Shown here: positions 35,226 to 49,519 of the stretch, piece by piece
Numbering within the stretch: position 1 is the stretch's first letter
How the letters are laid out: each line of letters begins with the position of its first letter
Origin: Eledone cirrhosa
Taxonomy: Eukaryota
NCBI GenBank assembly: GCA_964016885.1
Contig: OZ024742.1
Span: forward strand, 270,506,001 to 270,570,000
Reading direction: 5' to 3'
DNA length: 64,000 nucleotides
Made by a program: the position numbers and the translations under genes
The notes under the pieces: generated by a model
What the model was told of the DNA's origin: nothing
Database searches by the model: none
The model's input: only the letters and a program-made list of their open reading frames with translations

Positions 35226-37358
35226 GCTTTCTTTATTAACCACGAGGGTTTACATAGAGTATAACATTAAGGACATCACAGGATGGAACAGGACGGTACA
35301 AATGGGCATTTCTGGGTAAAAAGAAAAAACAAAGATATTGACAAAAATGAAACAAAGGAAACTTCCCCAATTGGGCGGTGGGGTAGACTTCTGAAGGACT
35401 CTCGTGGAGTATGCCCATTAAAAAAGCCACGGTGACTCTGAGCACCAGGGCAAAAGCCTTCTCACAGTTTTCCAACTTCAATTTTCAGGCGCATATTCAG
35501 AGCAGGCCCATTCATTCGGGCTATGCCTGCATTTCTCACCCCTCTTTCAACAAAATGCTGAAAATCCTGATTTTACTTTTCAAATGAAATTTGAAAAATT
35601 TAATCAGGGCATTACCGAAGAGGTGCGTGCTCGGCTGCAGCCCGTTCATACGCGTCCACCACACGATTTGTTTCATCATGGCCACAAGGCAGATAAAAAC
35701 TGCTGCCCTTCCCGGCTAAAAGAAGATGGCGGGACAATCCTCATGATGGATTCAGCTGATAATCTGATCCGCCCTACACGCGGCAACAAGCCTTGGACAT
35801 AAACACACTTGTGAGCAATGCTCGGATACTGGACGAGTGCATGCAGAACGGTTTCGTAGCTCTGCGCGCATCTCAGACAAGCCCGGCTAACGGCATCTCC
35901 ATGCCTGTAGACTTTATCTAAAACGGGCAAAGCTGCTCGGTAGCACTGCCAGGCCAGGTATTTCTGGAAGTGGTGCATGGACCCCGGCCGAAGGTTCTCC
36001 CCAGAGATTGGCCAGTTGATTTTCATCGACGCCCAGAGTCTCCCCAAGGACGTCGTCGCACTTTCCCCTCCACTAATCTTCTATAGAATGCCAAGATTGA
36101 GATTCCACCGATCGCACTATCCGAATGGTCGAGGGCCGTAAGCGCCTGAAGGCATTCCAGTTTCCAAGCGCTCCCACTCGGTCCTCGCTTCACCCAGGAC
36201 GGCAGCTCTCTCAAGGAGGCGAGCAGGGGAAATACGCGTCTTGCAAACGGCGACCACACCTGACCATCACCGTCGAGGGAGAGGTGGAGATGCCGTAGCC
36301 TAAGGACATGCTTGCGCTTCATCAGCCATGGCATGGCCAGTGATCCACCTAAAGGGTTATGACAGCAAACGGAATGCTTGACCATTGGAGCGCATCGCTT
36401 CCACAAAGATCGAAAGAGCAATCGCTCCAGCGCAGTCAGGCGAGGCTTAGGACAAAGCACACGGTCAGGCTTTAGTAGATGACGGACCTGATGTACGCAT
36501 TCGCTTCCTCCGCTTGACCTTTCAGGGATAGCATCATCTCGCCCCATTTCTGGCTGAGATAATCCACTCTGCTCGTCACCTTGTCCCAGTTTTTACCCGT
36601 CTCGAGGTCCGGACCAAACCAGACCCCTACCAATTTAACAGATTCGTCCGTCCAGCGCCTGATGACGCTATTGGAGAGCATGGACCAGCCTCTCCAGGTG
36701 CCAAGGTGCAGGCCCACTGACCTTTCCTGGTTAATCATTGCTCCTGTCACCGCCTCGTTTTCACTTAGTGTAGTGCCGATCGCCTCGATGTGTTTGGCAT
36801 TCGCCACCACTAAGGTGACGCCGTCGGCATATGCTGATATAGTTCTCTCGTATCCTAGTTCGCGTTGGACGCACCTCAACGTCTCCAGTTTGTGAAGTTA
36901 TGGCTTGCGAGTCAATACGTACAACATGGATGAGAGGAGACATCCTTGGCGGACCGGGCGCATGATGATGAACAGTTCCGAAAGGTAACCGTTCATTCTC
37001 ACCACAAAGCAAATGTCGTTGTGCATGGCTGAAATCCAGCCTCTGAAGTCGGGCCCAAAGCCGGCCGGCCTCAGGACCGCCGCCAGATAATGTTGGTCGA
37101 ACATATCGAAAGCTTTCGACTGATCTAAATGGATCAAGACCCATCCCATGCCAGGTTCATTACCAAGCCCTCTCCAAGATGTATCGCATGAGGTGGAGGT
37201 TGTCGTGGATGGATCTGTTTGGAATGGCGCCAGTCTCCGCCTCTCCCACCAGACCACCGGCGACAATCGCCAACCTCTTTGCTAGCACCTTGACCAACAA
37301 GTTGAACTCTTCGTTTAGCAGAGTTATGGGCCTGAAATAATCTATCTTCTCCCCCTTG
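35226..37358 (-). mobile_element. 5'-truncated, frameshifted Tx1 copy (close relative of 29165-35192)
   Basis: FRPITLLN, LDQSKAFD, VRQGC, AYADG; homologous 3'UTR; 3' end on (ATT)n. Confidence 0.9.
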
Positions 37359-37700
37359 ACCACAAATTGTTTACAAAAAATATATTAAGGAGAGTAATGG
37401 ACGGTGGAATGTGGGTTTATGCGTGTAAAAATGTGTATAAAACAAAGCTAAATTTTCTAAGAAATAATTAGAAATAAAATAAAATTGCCCAAAGGTGGGG
37501 GAGACTTCTGACTGTTACTCGTTGTAATGACCCAGAAAAGTCACCGTTAACCTCACTTCTAGGTAAAACGCACTCTCCCAAATGTCATTCCTCAATCTAC
37601 AGGCACAGGCTCAGAGCAGGCTTACTCGCTCAGGACATTCTCTTCTATTCCATCCATATTTCAACAAATTATTTTGAAGACATCACTACCTCTCCAGTGA
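37359..37700 (-). mobile_element. Older Tx1 3'-end fragment
   Basis: resembles 29180-29530 (ggggagacttc, ctcagagcaggc, ttcaacaaa). Confidence 0.65.
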
Positions 37701-38549
37701 TCTCTGAGTGTGCCCATGCCAGATTTCTCCAGCAACTTATCTTCATTTTATTTTTATGGATATATATGACAAAGAGATGATCATATATTGTATTTTGTTG
37801 GGTGACTTCAGCTGACCCTGGTGCTATAAATTAATGGCCCGCCTTCAAGGCGATTATTGTGTTATCGTTTAGTTTCTGCTATCTTACTTTCTTTTGACAA
37901 CAGCTTAGATTTATGAAATGTGAGAAAACAAGAGTTGAATATAGAAAAATAACATATACCCATATACAAAATAATTGCACACAAAACACAAATGATACAA
38001 TTCAGCTCATACACGGATACAGTGTAAAGATATTAATAGGTGCAGCAACAACGCTTATAAAAACAACTTCAACAATAATAATGCAAACAGTGACATAATA
38101 AACTACAGAGACCACTGGGAAACAAAATTGACGCACAAATCTGCCTTCCTAAGAGACACTAAATCGATAAATTCAGTGCTTTAAACAATTATGAGATTAG
38201 TTGGCCAAGTGACAATGAAAATTCTTCTCCGTCATATTTCAGGGAATTTAGCATAGTTAGGTGAAATTAAATTTGAAATTTTGCAGTTGATGAATATATC
38301 ACTAGGGAATGATGATCAGATTGATCAGATTGTGTCAATATAGAATATGATGCAGGTAACATTTAGAAGTTTGAATAGAGGCTGATGAAATACTGACGTT
38401 GATATTTCCAAGTATTAAGTTCACCCGTATGTGTTATCGAAGAGTGAAAAAGAAGAAAAAGCATCGCTTTGAAGAATATATTTTTGTTGAACTATTCGAT
38501 ATTAACTGGCGTTTATATATAAATATATACATATATATAAATTTGAGTA

Positions 38550-39380
38550 TGTGTTTACCGACACTTCAGTATGCAGGTTAGATCAGTCAAGGAGGTGCGC
38601 AGGTGGGTCTATTTAATCCGGAGTAATGTAAAAACAATTTTTATATATTGTCAATGCTCTTTCGTCGCATATTCTGTGACCCCCTCATTGACAAGGTTTT
38701 TATTTTGTTCTTTTCTTCTTTTCTTTCCTACACCATATTTTGTCTGTGTTTTGTGTGCTTAATTTGCGTATGTATTACATCCCGGTGCGTGTGTATATTT
38801 TTATTTATCTATTTATGTCTTTATTTACTTGTTACTAGTTTGTTGTTCGTTTGCGTGCTTGTATCTTATTTGTTTTGTTAGTTTGCTTTTTTCTGTGTCT
38901 CTATGTTATCCTTTATTACTAGTTGTCATGTTGCTATTCCACTCATGGTTTCTGTTTAATTTTGGTTGGAGTTCGTTTGTATTTGTCGCTCTGTGATTTT
39001 CCTAAGCATTGCATCTGTTCAGTGTATGGATATAATGTTTATATTTATGTCCTCTAATGTGCCCATATGTTCTATTTTGGCATGTCGGTGGAGTATTGAA
39101 AGATTTTTCCCATCCTGAACTCCTTGCCAGTGTTCACTTACCGTTTCTCCTATGCTACGCACTGCTTCACCTATGTATGTTTACTAATTAGTAAATCATA
39201 CACATTTCAAACATCCCCGTGCAAGCTAAGCCCACAAACTAAATGCAAAACTAAGAACTTAGTATATAGCATAAGATGTACTGAAGGACAGTGTAGAAAT
39301 AAGAACATAATATATTTGTTTCAACACGTGTTTCCAGATGAGAAAATCTTGGAAAACAAATTCAAAAATGTAGTATAAGG
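38550..39380. mobile_element. Degenerate Penelope-like remnant with internal inversion
   Basis: 38555-38635 resembles the reverse complement of 62515-62600 (gaggtgcgcaggtggg); 39240-39300 (+) encodes CKTKNLVYSIRC, the GIY half-motif of PLE endonucleases. Confidence 0.55.
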
Positions 39381-39524
39381 GTGAAAGCAGCGATTATTTG
39401 CTTAAACTTTTATCTGTTATTTGAATATGTACACACACACACATACAAGCACACACACACATACACAAACACACACACACATATATATATGTATATATAT
39501 ATACATACGTTTGAATTAAAATAG

Positions 39525-39620
39525 ATGTGGTAAAAACCTGTTAGTCACCAGAGTACTCAATTCAAGGGGTAGTAAAGTGTGATAAAATGAAGAATCGGAA
39601 CCCCGACGGCTTGAGGTTAG
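39525..39620 (-). mobile_element. Diverged tail of the 53534 fold-back family
   Basis: atgtggtaa...cagagtactcaatt...ggtagtaaagtg...accccgacggct matches 53543-53640. Confidence 0.55.
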
Positions 39621-40107
39621 AGTTGGAGGCAGTATCAAGAAATACGACTAAAACACCTAGAAATTGTACCCGTTGACAAGAAATGATCAGCTGGCCAGTC
39701 GTCCAAATACATACTTAAGTTTTCAGGACATATTTATTTTTTATTGTGTTGCAATTTTATAGTTGTCCTTCTTATTCAAAAATTACTGAGTAACTAAAAA
39801 CATATTTCTTTTTAGTTTTTGCGCAAAGCTGTATTAAAAGAAAGTTTTAGTTAGGTGTGCATGTAGGTACAATGTATACATACACACACGCACACACATA
39901 CAATATATATATGTATATGTGTGTGTGTGTATATACATACACACACATACACACACATACATATACATAAAAAAATAGGTAGGTATGTGTGTGTATATAT
40001 ATATATATATTTAAATATATATGTATGTATCTATATATGTGTGTATGTATGTATGTATGTATCTATATATGCATACGTATGGGTATATATATATATATAT
40101 ATATATA

Positions 40108-40265
40108 TAGTATTAAGGATACTATTTATGGTTATGTATACACTAAAACTTTTTAGAGTTATATATATTTTAAACCCTAAACAGTGAAAGACAGTAATGT
40201 ATTACTACCTTATTACCAGTAAGATAAATAGCTCAATGTAATAACATCAGTTGTTCTACATGGTT
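40108..40265 (-). mobile_element. Distal 3' tail of the 60116-60681 HHR family
   Basis: ctatttatggttatgta...cagtaatgtattactaccttattacca...agctcaatgtaa.aacatcag shared with 60120-60270. Confidence 0.7.
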
Positions 40266-40329
40266 ATGTATATGTATGTGTGTGTATGTGTGTGTATGTG
40301 TGTGTATGCATATACACACACACACATAT

Positions 40330-40740
<411 letters not shown>

Positions 40741-40745
40741 GACAC

Positions 40746-42118
40746 ATTTAATAGGATATCCTTAGATTTCATTATTTCAAAAAGTTACTGGGGGCATAAT
40801 CTACACTCATATCTGTTATTTTGATAAGGGGTGGCGCTTTTGAGCACACTCCAGGTCTGTTGTATAATCTGTTTTCTATAATTATTAATTGTTTCAGCCA
40901 AGGATGTTGTATTAGCTAATGCGGCATTTTTAAAACTATGTTTGTGGGTATTAAATCATTTTTTTTTTAAATGCCTCATTAGCTAATACAACATCCTTGG
41001 CTGATACAATTAATAATTATAGAAAAAAGAATATCGATTACAACCTGACCTGGAGAGTGCTCAAAAGGACCACCCCTTATCAAAATAACAGATATGAGTG
41101 TAGATTATGCTCCCAGGAACTGTTTGAAATAATGAAATCTAAGGATATCCTATTAAATAAGCGACAACAATTAATTATATCTTGCAATCATAGAATTAGA
41201 AGAACTTTCAAATATTATAAACCTAATTAATATACACCTTACACTTATATTTTACATATTATAATAATTAGTTTTTTAAATTTAATTAACCTATAATTAG
41301 TACTTTACTACAGAGAACTTCATAATTTGATTTCACTCTTACAGCTCTCTTTTCCTAAAAGTAATACCTAAAAGTATACATATAAATTAATTTAATTTCC
41401 TGTTATGAATCTAGATTCCTTGTAGTTTTATAAAATTGGTATTTCTCACTACTACCCTTATCCCAAAATGTTATTTTCCTTCGTTTTTAACAACATTCTT
41501 TAATAAAATCTAATTCTTATTTATCACATCCATATGGATTAATATAAATTTATCCCTATAAGAATACCTATCAATCAATTTAATTTCTTGTTATAGATCT
41601 AGATTACTTGTGGTTTAAATAAGTTTGGTATTTCTCACTAATACCCTTACCCTAAAATTTTACTTTCCTTCGTTTTTAACATTATTCTTTAAAACATCAA
41701 ATTTTCGACTACCCTTAACCGGCTTGACCTCTTTTCAACCCCAAAGTATTATTTTCATTCAAAGTATTCTTTCCATTCAAAACATAAGTCTGCACTCCTC
41801 TAACCCTAAATTAAATTTCTACTACTACTATTCTATCAACTTGACCTCTTACTACTTTTCTATTGGTCAATTCAAAACCTGTTTCCAAACAGACCTATTA
41901 TATTAAATCTTTGTTGTTTTTTTTTTCAATAAACAAATCTCATCATTTCTGAAGACAGCATATATATGTGAAGGTATATATATTTCCTTTGATAGTTTGT
42001 AATAATTTTACATAGATTTATATGATCTACATACCAACACACATATATATACTAGAAACGATCGTAAAATGATGAATTTTTTATATAAGAAACTTGTTCT
42101 TTGTTTTTATTCATAGTT
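40746..42118 (+). mobile_element. Penelope-like element: inverted 5' segment, GIY-YIG C-terminus, 3' tail with HHR
   Basis: ORF 40997-41230 TWRVLK...CRLCSQE...LLNKRQQLIISCNHR; 40746-40920 is the reverse complement of 40978-41158; ends at (TA)n. Confidence 0.8.
41941..42074 (+). ncRNA. Type I hammerhead ribozyme with very long stem II
   Basis: CATCATTT-CTGAAGA-cagcatatatatgtg...cacatatatatacta-GAAA-CGATCG-TA-AAATGATG. Confidence 0.7.
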
Positions 42119-42164
42119 TTATATATATATATATATATATACATGTATACATATGTATATATAT

Positions 42165-42525
42165 GCGCGGGGACATAGAATTAATCGGGCTGGAAACCCG
42201 ATCGCGCGGTTAAACCACGGGGAGTGAAGGACTCCTAAATTATGTCAGAGGATTCTCCTAGCAGAAGGCAACTCGGAAAACTGGAATAACTCCGACCTAA
42301 AACCTGCCGTTCAGTAGTTACTGATGATGTAGGTCTTTTCTTTTTTTCGGGTTATAGGTACTGTTGCTCAGAGAGTGGGGTTGGCCCAGTGCACAATCTT
42401 TCATCACTTAAAACAAAAAAAAAAGTTTACGCACACGCATTGCACACTACCATTAATTAATAATTATTAATAATGGCATATAGTGCAATGGCCATACTCG
42501 ATATCAAGGGGTCAGCCATCACCAT
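42165..42525 (+). mobile_element. GC-richer interspersed repeat, possibly derived from an RTE 5'UTR
   Basis: ctcctagcagaaggcaactcggaaaactgg...taaaacct recalls RTE 5'UTR motifs; between TA arrays. Confidence 0.3.
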
Positions 42526-42886
42526 ATATCACATATATATATATATGTAAGTATGGACTTGCATGCCGAACGACTTTACGGTTTGGTTTGCTGCTAATAT
42601 GACACAAAATTTGTTTTCGCTCATATATTTACAGATACTTAAATGTATTCAGGAAATTTATTTCGAAAAATAGTAATATTCGATTCAATTGCATGCAAAT
42701 AGCTTCTCACGCTATTTGTTTTAGACGACAATGCTCATACATTGTGTTGTAGCGGTTACGGAGAGAAACCATCACGTTTGTTTCAGGGTTATTGCCTGTG
42801 TCTCTCTATCTATCGATATGTATATATATGTATATATATATACACGCACACACACACACACATGCACACACACGCACGCACACACA

Positions 42887-42986
<100 letters not shown>

Positions 42987-44065
42987 GTTGTGTATTTTGT
43001 AGTGGAAATGGGAAATAGAGGAAGTAAAAGGGAAGTGGCATTGATGGTGAAAGAGGTTAGGGGAGAAAGGTCCTGAAGTGTTGTCAAAATTATTTTCATC
43101 CCCCCTCCCACCTCCAACCACCCTATTGATTTCCGTTTAAAAACATAGCATTATCGATCTGTTTACTTTCACTATGTGTTAATCAATAAAAGGAAATAAA
43201 ATTCCATACCTTACTGAAGACGTTTAAAATCAATCAGTGCTACAAACATCAAATTTGGGAAAACGGGAGGATTCTGTTGCGATGGTAGTAGAAGGTAGTG
43301 TAAATATGTGTATTTTTTCTGAATCATAGATTTACATTTTTCGATTCGCTGATTTGCTCGTGTTGATTGTTTACAAACTTTAATCAAACCTTTGTCATCT
43401 TATTAAGAAATCTCAATTTGCTTGATTTATAATCTACTTGAGAAACATACCATTTGTACCATTTTCCCAGACATATTGTTATTTTTCCTCACGTTTGAAT
43501 ACTCGAACGTTGTAAATTTAGACATAAGCTATATCAGTGGTATAATTGTAGAGTCGTTATGCGATATTTGTCCCCACTCACTTCTAGTTAATTTCAAATC
43601 TCACAGATATCACAGCTCCACATTATCCTTTCGGGGTTGAAATAATAAGGTACAACTCGAGGGAGTCGCTTTTGTCGAATTAGTAAAGCACTGAACGGGA
43701 TGATTTTTACTATTGTTCCTGTGTGTTCAATTCACAATTCACAATTCGGTTAGTTTGCATCATTAAATAAATCATATGCTCGGTTGAACGCCACCCTGTG
43801 AGACATGCTTGACTGCAGTACAGTTCAACCAGTGGCACATATGGGCTCCAGGCTTCCAGTTTAAGGAGATCATCGCCCTGTCACCAGTATTTGGTGCCTT
43901 GAAAATGACCGTAGCATTATCTTCCCTCCCTATATACGTGCTGAATTTTGATGTGGTTTGTAAGATTTTCCTCTAGGTACAGATTAGAGAAAAGGCTTGG
44001 CCACGTTTCGATACAATACACCAGTTCAAGACTTTCCCTAGCCTAGTTTGGACTTGTATTACATT

Positions 44066-44248
44066 AATTGTTTCTACTTTAAGCACAAGGCCAGCAATTA
44101 CCCAGTGCATTACTGGTACTTTATTTTATCGACCCGTAAGGATGAAAGGCAAAGTCAACCTCGGCGGTATTTGAACTCAGATCGTAAAGGGACGTAACTA
44201 TGCTGGAAAGCATGGCATCCGACCCTCTACCGATACTGCCAATCCAAC
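44066..44248 (-). mobile_element. tRNA-derived SINE
   Basis: reverse copy of 12706-12895; acattaat on both flanks (possible TSD). Confidence 0.85.
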
Positions 44249-45244
44249 ATTAATATATGTGAGTCAGAATGTTACGTTCTACGTGGTGGTAGAAGCTGCA
44301 ATAATTTACAACCATATCATCTCAAAATATATATATTTAATGGGAACCAGTCGCTCTAACACATGGAGGTATCTACATTTGGTAAGGGTGTAACTATAGA
44401 TCTGGTCCACCTGTATTGAGCTGTAGCTGAAACATAATAATACTAAATATAATAGGTTGTTCGTGAACATATTGTCTTGGTTTAAAATGCATTGCGCAGA
44501 TTAATATGCGTGGTCATGTCCCCAGGAACGTTTCTGTACAACTATATGGTGTCGTGTTCGACCACTGTGATAGTTATTTTAGGTCATAGGATGACTAAAA
44601 CATGTTGAGTTAATCTTGGTAAACGGAAACTATGAGGAAGCCTTGATTAACCAATTTTCCAGGCTCACCTGGCTAAACTATTAAAATAAAACGTATAACT
44701 ACGCTATTCAATATATCCTTTACTTTTAAAGGAGTAGATGGCTACTTGAAAGAAATGTGTCATCGTAATCTTGCTTTTCGAGCCAGCGTATCGTCAGCCA
44801 CTCTCCTCTTTATTATTTTGTTGGTTTGAAACAGAACACATTGCTGTATATCTGTGTTTTCCTCCCATGGTTACCTGTGCCTTACTGAAATAGATCATTC
44901 CCAGTTTCACATTTAATTGAATTATTGTGCATTGAATTCACTTCATTTGACTTTAGTTTATCGCTTATTTAAATAAGATTAATGCTCATGACCAATTTTA
45001 GATCCTCCTGGACTGGTTGAGGTGAGAGATAAAATATCCGAAATCGGGCACCTAGCATGTCTGCCCCGATTAGAATTGACTCATAATAATACCGAAATGC
45101 CAGATGTGGTGATAATCTGCTTGATGGCTTTAATTGACTAATGATGTATTTTATTTGAAATTAAACCCAAAGAAATGCATCATATAACGCAAATTATTTC
45201 CAACAAACTAGCAATTTGCACAATCTACATCTTTTAACCTATAC

Positions 45245-45365
45245 ACTATTTTATCGACCCGTGCGGATAAGAGGCAAGGTTGATTTCAGGGGAATCTGGA
45301 CTCAGTATACGAGGTACCGGTGTAAATACTGCGGGACATTTAGTCCAGAGTTCTAATATTGCTGA
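45245..45365 (-). mobile_element. Degenerate SINE
   Basis: ttttatcgacccgtgcggataagaggcaaggttgattt core. Confidence 0.55.
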
Positions 45366-45488
45366 TTATTCGTTATCTATTTGTTATCAAAATTTACCGA
45401 AAAATAAGGAATATAATTTATGGACTAATATATTTTGAGGGCTCTTCACCCACGACCGATTGAGGAATATCTGAGCTAATACAAATAT

Positions 45489-45489
<1 letters not shown>

Positions 45490-45519
<30 letters not shown>

Positions 45520-45577
45520 AAGAAGAAGCAGAAGAAGAAGAAGAAGAAGAAGAAGAAGAAGAAGAAGAAGAAGAAGA
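45490..45577. repeat. (AAG)n microsatellite
   Basis: direct reading. Confidence 0.95.
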
Positions 45578-46565
45578 TTTTCCTTTTATTTCCACTGATA
45601 TTTCAACTTCAAAGTAAAGACCAGTAACAACATGTTTAAAAATGCATAAAAGCTTATAAAACAAAATGTGATTCACGCCTGTTTTGCCAACAATTTTGTC
45701 CGAAATACACAAGACCGATAACGCATTCTGACGCCATCCAAATTAAATAGTAATGAGAGGATAATAATAATAGTGGTAGTAACATTAACAACAACAAAAA
45801 GTCTAATGGTAATAAGAACAAAGGTAAAGACATTAAAGAATTTTACGAAAGCGAATGAATAATAAGAATTAAAGACGTATTTAAAGTATGATTTAATTAA
45901 AATCATACAAAAAGAATTTCGGTTTAATGAATACGTTGAAGTTTTATTGAATTGCTCCTATCACATTTTATTCGGCTATTTATTTTCTAAAATTGATTTC
46001 TCTTCCGTTTTTGTTATTGAGTGTGGTGTATAGTGTTGTGGTAACAATGATGTTCGACAGAGATGTAGAGGATAAAGAGATTCCTTTAAGGATGTAGTAA
46101 AAATATATGTAAAAGAACAAATTGTATTTCGATAAATACTGTTAATCCATTTTTTGTCAATGCTTGTCACAATGTCGAATAAAAGAGAAAGAAGCGCCCT
46201 CTGTTAACAGATAATTTAACTAGGTTCTAATTATTTTATTTCTTTGAAATATATTGAAATGATATTTTTTCTTGTTCATACATTTCTCTTAAATGTGAAG
46301 CTAGAAATAGAAAAGGACGAAAGATAGATTGTTAGTTCAAGGGACCAGACGAGTTTAAACAGAGTGTCAAGCTAAATATCGTAGAAACTTGGATTAGGTG
46401 CAGATATTTATATGGAATAATCAGCCAGTCATAATTTCACTTGTTATCCGTCATCAAACAACCTACCTAGTCAGAATCCGCCGGGTGACACACACACTCA
46501 CACACACATGTACATATATAAATATATATATACCATGTGTGTGTGTGTGTGTGTTTGTGTGTCTG

Positions 46566-46597
<32 letters not shown>

Positions 46598-46933
46598 GTA
46601 TATATATATATATATAGTAATAATAATAAATGTGAAGACTTAAATCCGAAGAGCGCTCAATAAGGATAATATATATATAAAAATATATTAAAAAAACCGA
46701 AGATTGGCATGGAAGCGATAAACTGAAGCACTCCCACATCAGTGGCAATTTCGCATAATTCCGGTCAGGTCTCTCTTAATTGTTATAGTATGCAATAGTG
46801 CTAAATCTAAAACTGTCCAGCAAACAAACAAAATAACGAATGTATATCTTTAAAAGAAAGAAAGCCATACAAACATACATTACATACAATGAATAACAGC
46901 ATATTAATTCCGTGTGTGTATATATATATACAC

Positions 46934-46970
<37 letters not shown>

Positions 46971-47826
46971 CACACATGTATACATCACATAAACATATAT
47001 GGTCTTTTAAAGGAGTAAAGATTTCTCTATATATTAGAAAAGACGCATATACGCATGGCTGACCGTTTTTTGGTATTGTTTGATTCTTTTATGTATGAAC
47101 GAAATATGGCTTTAAGTCTAATGATATACTGCCGAAACTACAAATAAATAAATATAGAATTTAAATTACAGAGACGTGATAGATGCAGTTGTGTACCTAA
47201 GATAATCTAGAACAGATATAATTTGTGTTTGACTAGCTCCAAAAAATGTGGCTATACAAACAGTCTGTGTATTATAACAAGCGTTGAATTGCAATGTAAA
47301 AAACTAACAAAATCGTTCTTTATTTACAGCACAATAGGTATATTTGACATTAAGGTTTCATTATGCTCTTTACGTAGTATGATATAATATAGGACATTTC
47401 ATTAATTAATCCAGTGCTTGTTATTTTAAACACTTAAGTCACATTTCTGTAAATGTTATAAAGATTTAGTTAAGCTCTATAAGAATTATAACAATAATAC
47501 AATAAATTATTGTGGATGTTTTTTTTTTTATGAAATGGGTGCCCTAGAAAAACAGATTAAGATTATATTTTCATGATTGTCAGTTATTACTATCGTTCAA
47601 AATCTTTTATATTCTTGTCCCTGATTTAGGTGTGTATAAATATATGTATGTTTGAATATAGGAAAGAACATATGTATCTATTTATGGATGTTTATATTTT
47701 TTTATATACCCATTCATCCACAGGTTTTCCATTCCGATGCGGTGGTAAGGGCGTTGCCTTCCTATACAACGTGTATTGAACGTTTAAACTTTGAATACAG
47801 CATTTTTATAATATATATATATATAT

Positions 47827-47829
<3 letters not shown>

Positions 47830-47891
<62 letters not shown>
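47830..47891. repeat. (GA)n microsatellite
   Basis: direct reading. Confidence 0.95.
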
Positions 47892-49374
47892 CCGACTGGA
47901 GTACTGGTCTGGCAAATTACGTTCTACCATGGAATTGATGAACAGCAAAACATACATTGGTGGAGTTTAAATGGCAGACCACGTATGTCCAATATAGTGA
48001 TTTTTGTATAGATTCATGACTGTCTGAATATGTGCGTGTAAATATATATGTATATATGCGTATGTATATGAATGTATTGATACACATAAACAGGTGCGCA
48101 TGCTATAGCACACGATAAATACTTATCAGTCCCTATCGTTATTTGTGACAAATATGCTAATTAATCACCCACCATAGAGACCAGCACGTGAAATTAACTT
48201 AAAAGTGGCTGAGTATTTCACAGTCACATGCGCAATTAAACTAAATCTCAGGGTGATTCAACGTGGCATTTACTGAGAAAGTTGGCCTTTCAAAAACAAG
48301 TTCACACTATCTGCAGGACTACAAGTTTCCATCTTGTCAAATCCATTCACAAGTTGTCAGTCGACTAGATTAAATGACAGTCGTCTACGATGTCATGAAG
48401 TTGAATCGAAATAGATTACACAAAAAACAATATTTTATAAATGGAATGAAATTTATAAACCATCTGTGCATATTTTGCCACCTCTCACCCGATATTCACT
48501 GTAATCGAAACGGATAAAGCTAAATGCACTCCTTAATAAGTTAATGGTAATTTGGTACTAGAAAAAGAGCGAAGTCCTCTACAGCAGTTCATAACCACAG
48601 GCGTGATATTAACAAAATTACGTGCTTCCTGTATTGACACCCAACGCTGTGCTTCACTCATATATCAGTTATTACTTTATCGTTCACTTGAAATATGAAA
48701 TTAAGCAGCCCGTCATGTTTTAGATTTAGACAGCGGACATCGCTTCGGTAAGGTGTTGTATCCCATATATGCTTAATCATGCAGTTTAACCAAATTGTGG
48801 AGAATAAATGTACTACATAAAATAAACCCCAAAATCAAACATATCGAACGGCATTGTGAACACACGCTCGTCGAAAAGTGAAGTTTTCCATTTCTCTACA
48901 TTTGAATGCAATGCCTTATCTATTTCCGTACATGTATGGACACACACATACTCACAAATTATATATACCAGCAGAAAATCACCTAAATAGTGTGTTTCTG
49001 CTATAATATTAATAATTATAGCAGAAGCACCCTACAGATATTTTAGTCTTGATGGTTAGTCATGCATAATGACCACAGTATATAGCTGGTACCTATGTTA
49101 TCAATCTTCATAGTAGGAAAAACAATTGCGAACGCAATGAGATTTAAAGTTTGGCAATACATCCATTCAACAAGATACTTTGAAATATGACCGGCTACTA
49201 CATGTATTTTCCCGCCCTCAGCCATAGTTTCCTACAGTTAAAAGTTAGCATCACTTTGGTAAAAATATTACAGTGTCATTAATTATGTTTTAGGGTGTTT
49301 TCATTGATACCTTTATTAAACAACATATTCTTTTACATAGACATTATCACACACACGCCCTCCTATCTCTCGTT

Positions 49375-49377
49375 ATT

Positions 49378-49413
<36 letters not shown>

Positions 49414-49460
49414 GCGAGAGAGAGAGAGAGCCAGAGAGAGAATGAGAGAGAGAGAGAGCC

Positions 49461-49519
<59 letters not shown>
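49375..49519. repeat. (CT)(TA)(GA) compound microsatellite
   Basis: direct reading. Confidence 0.9.
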
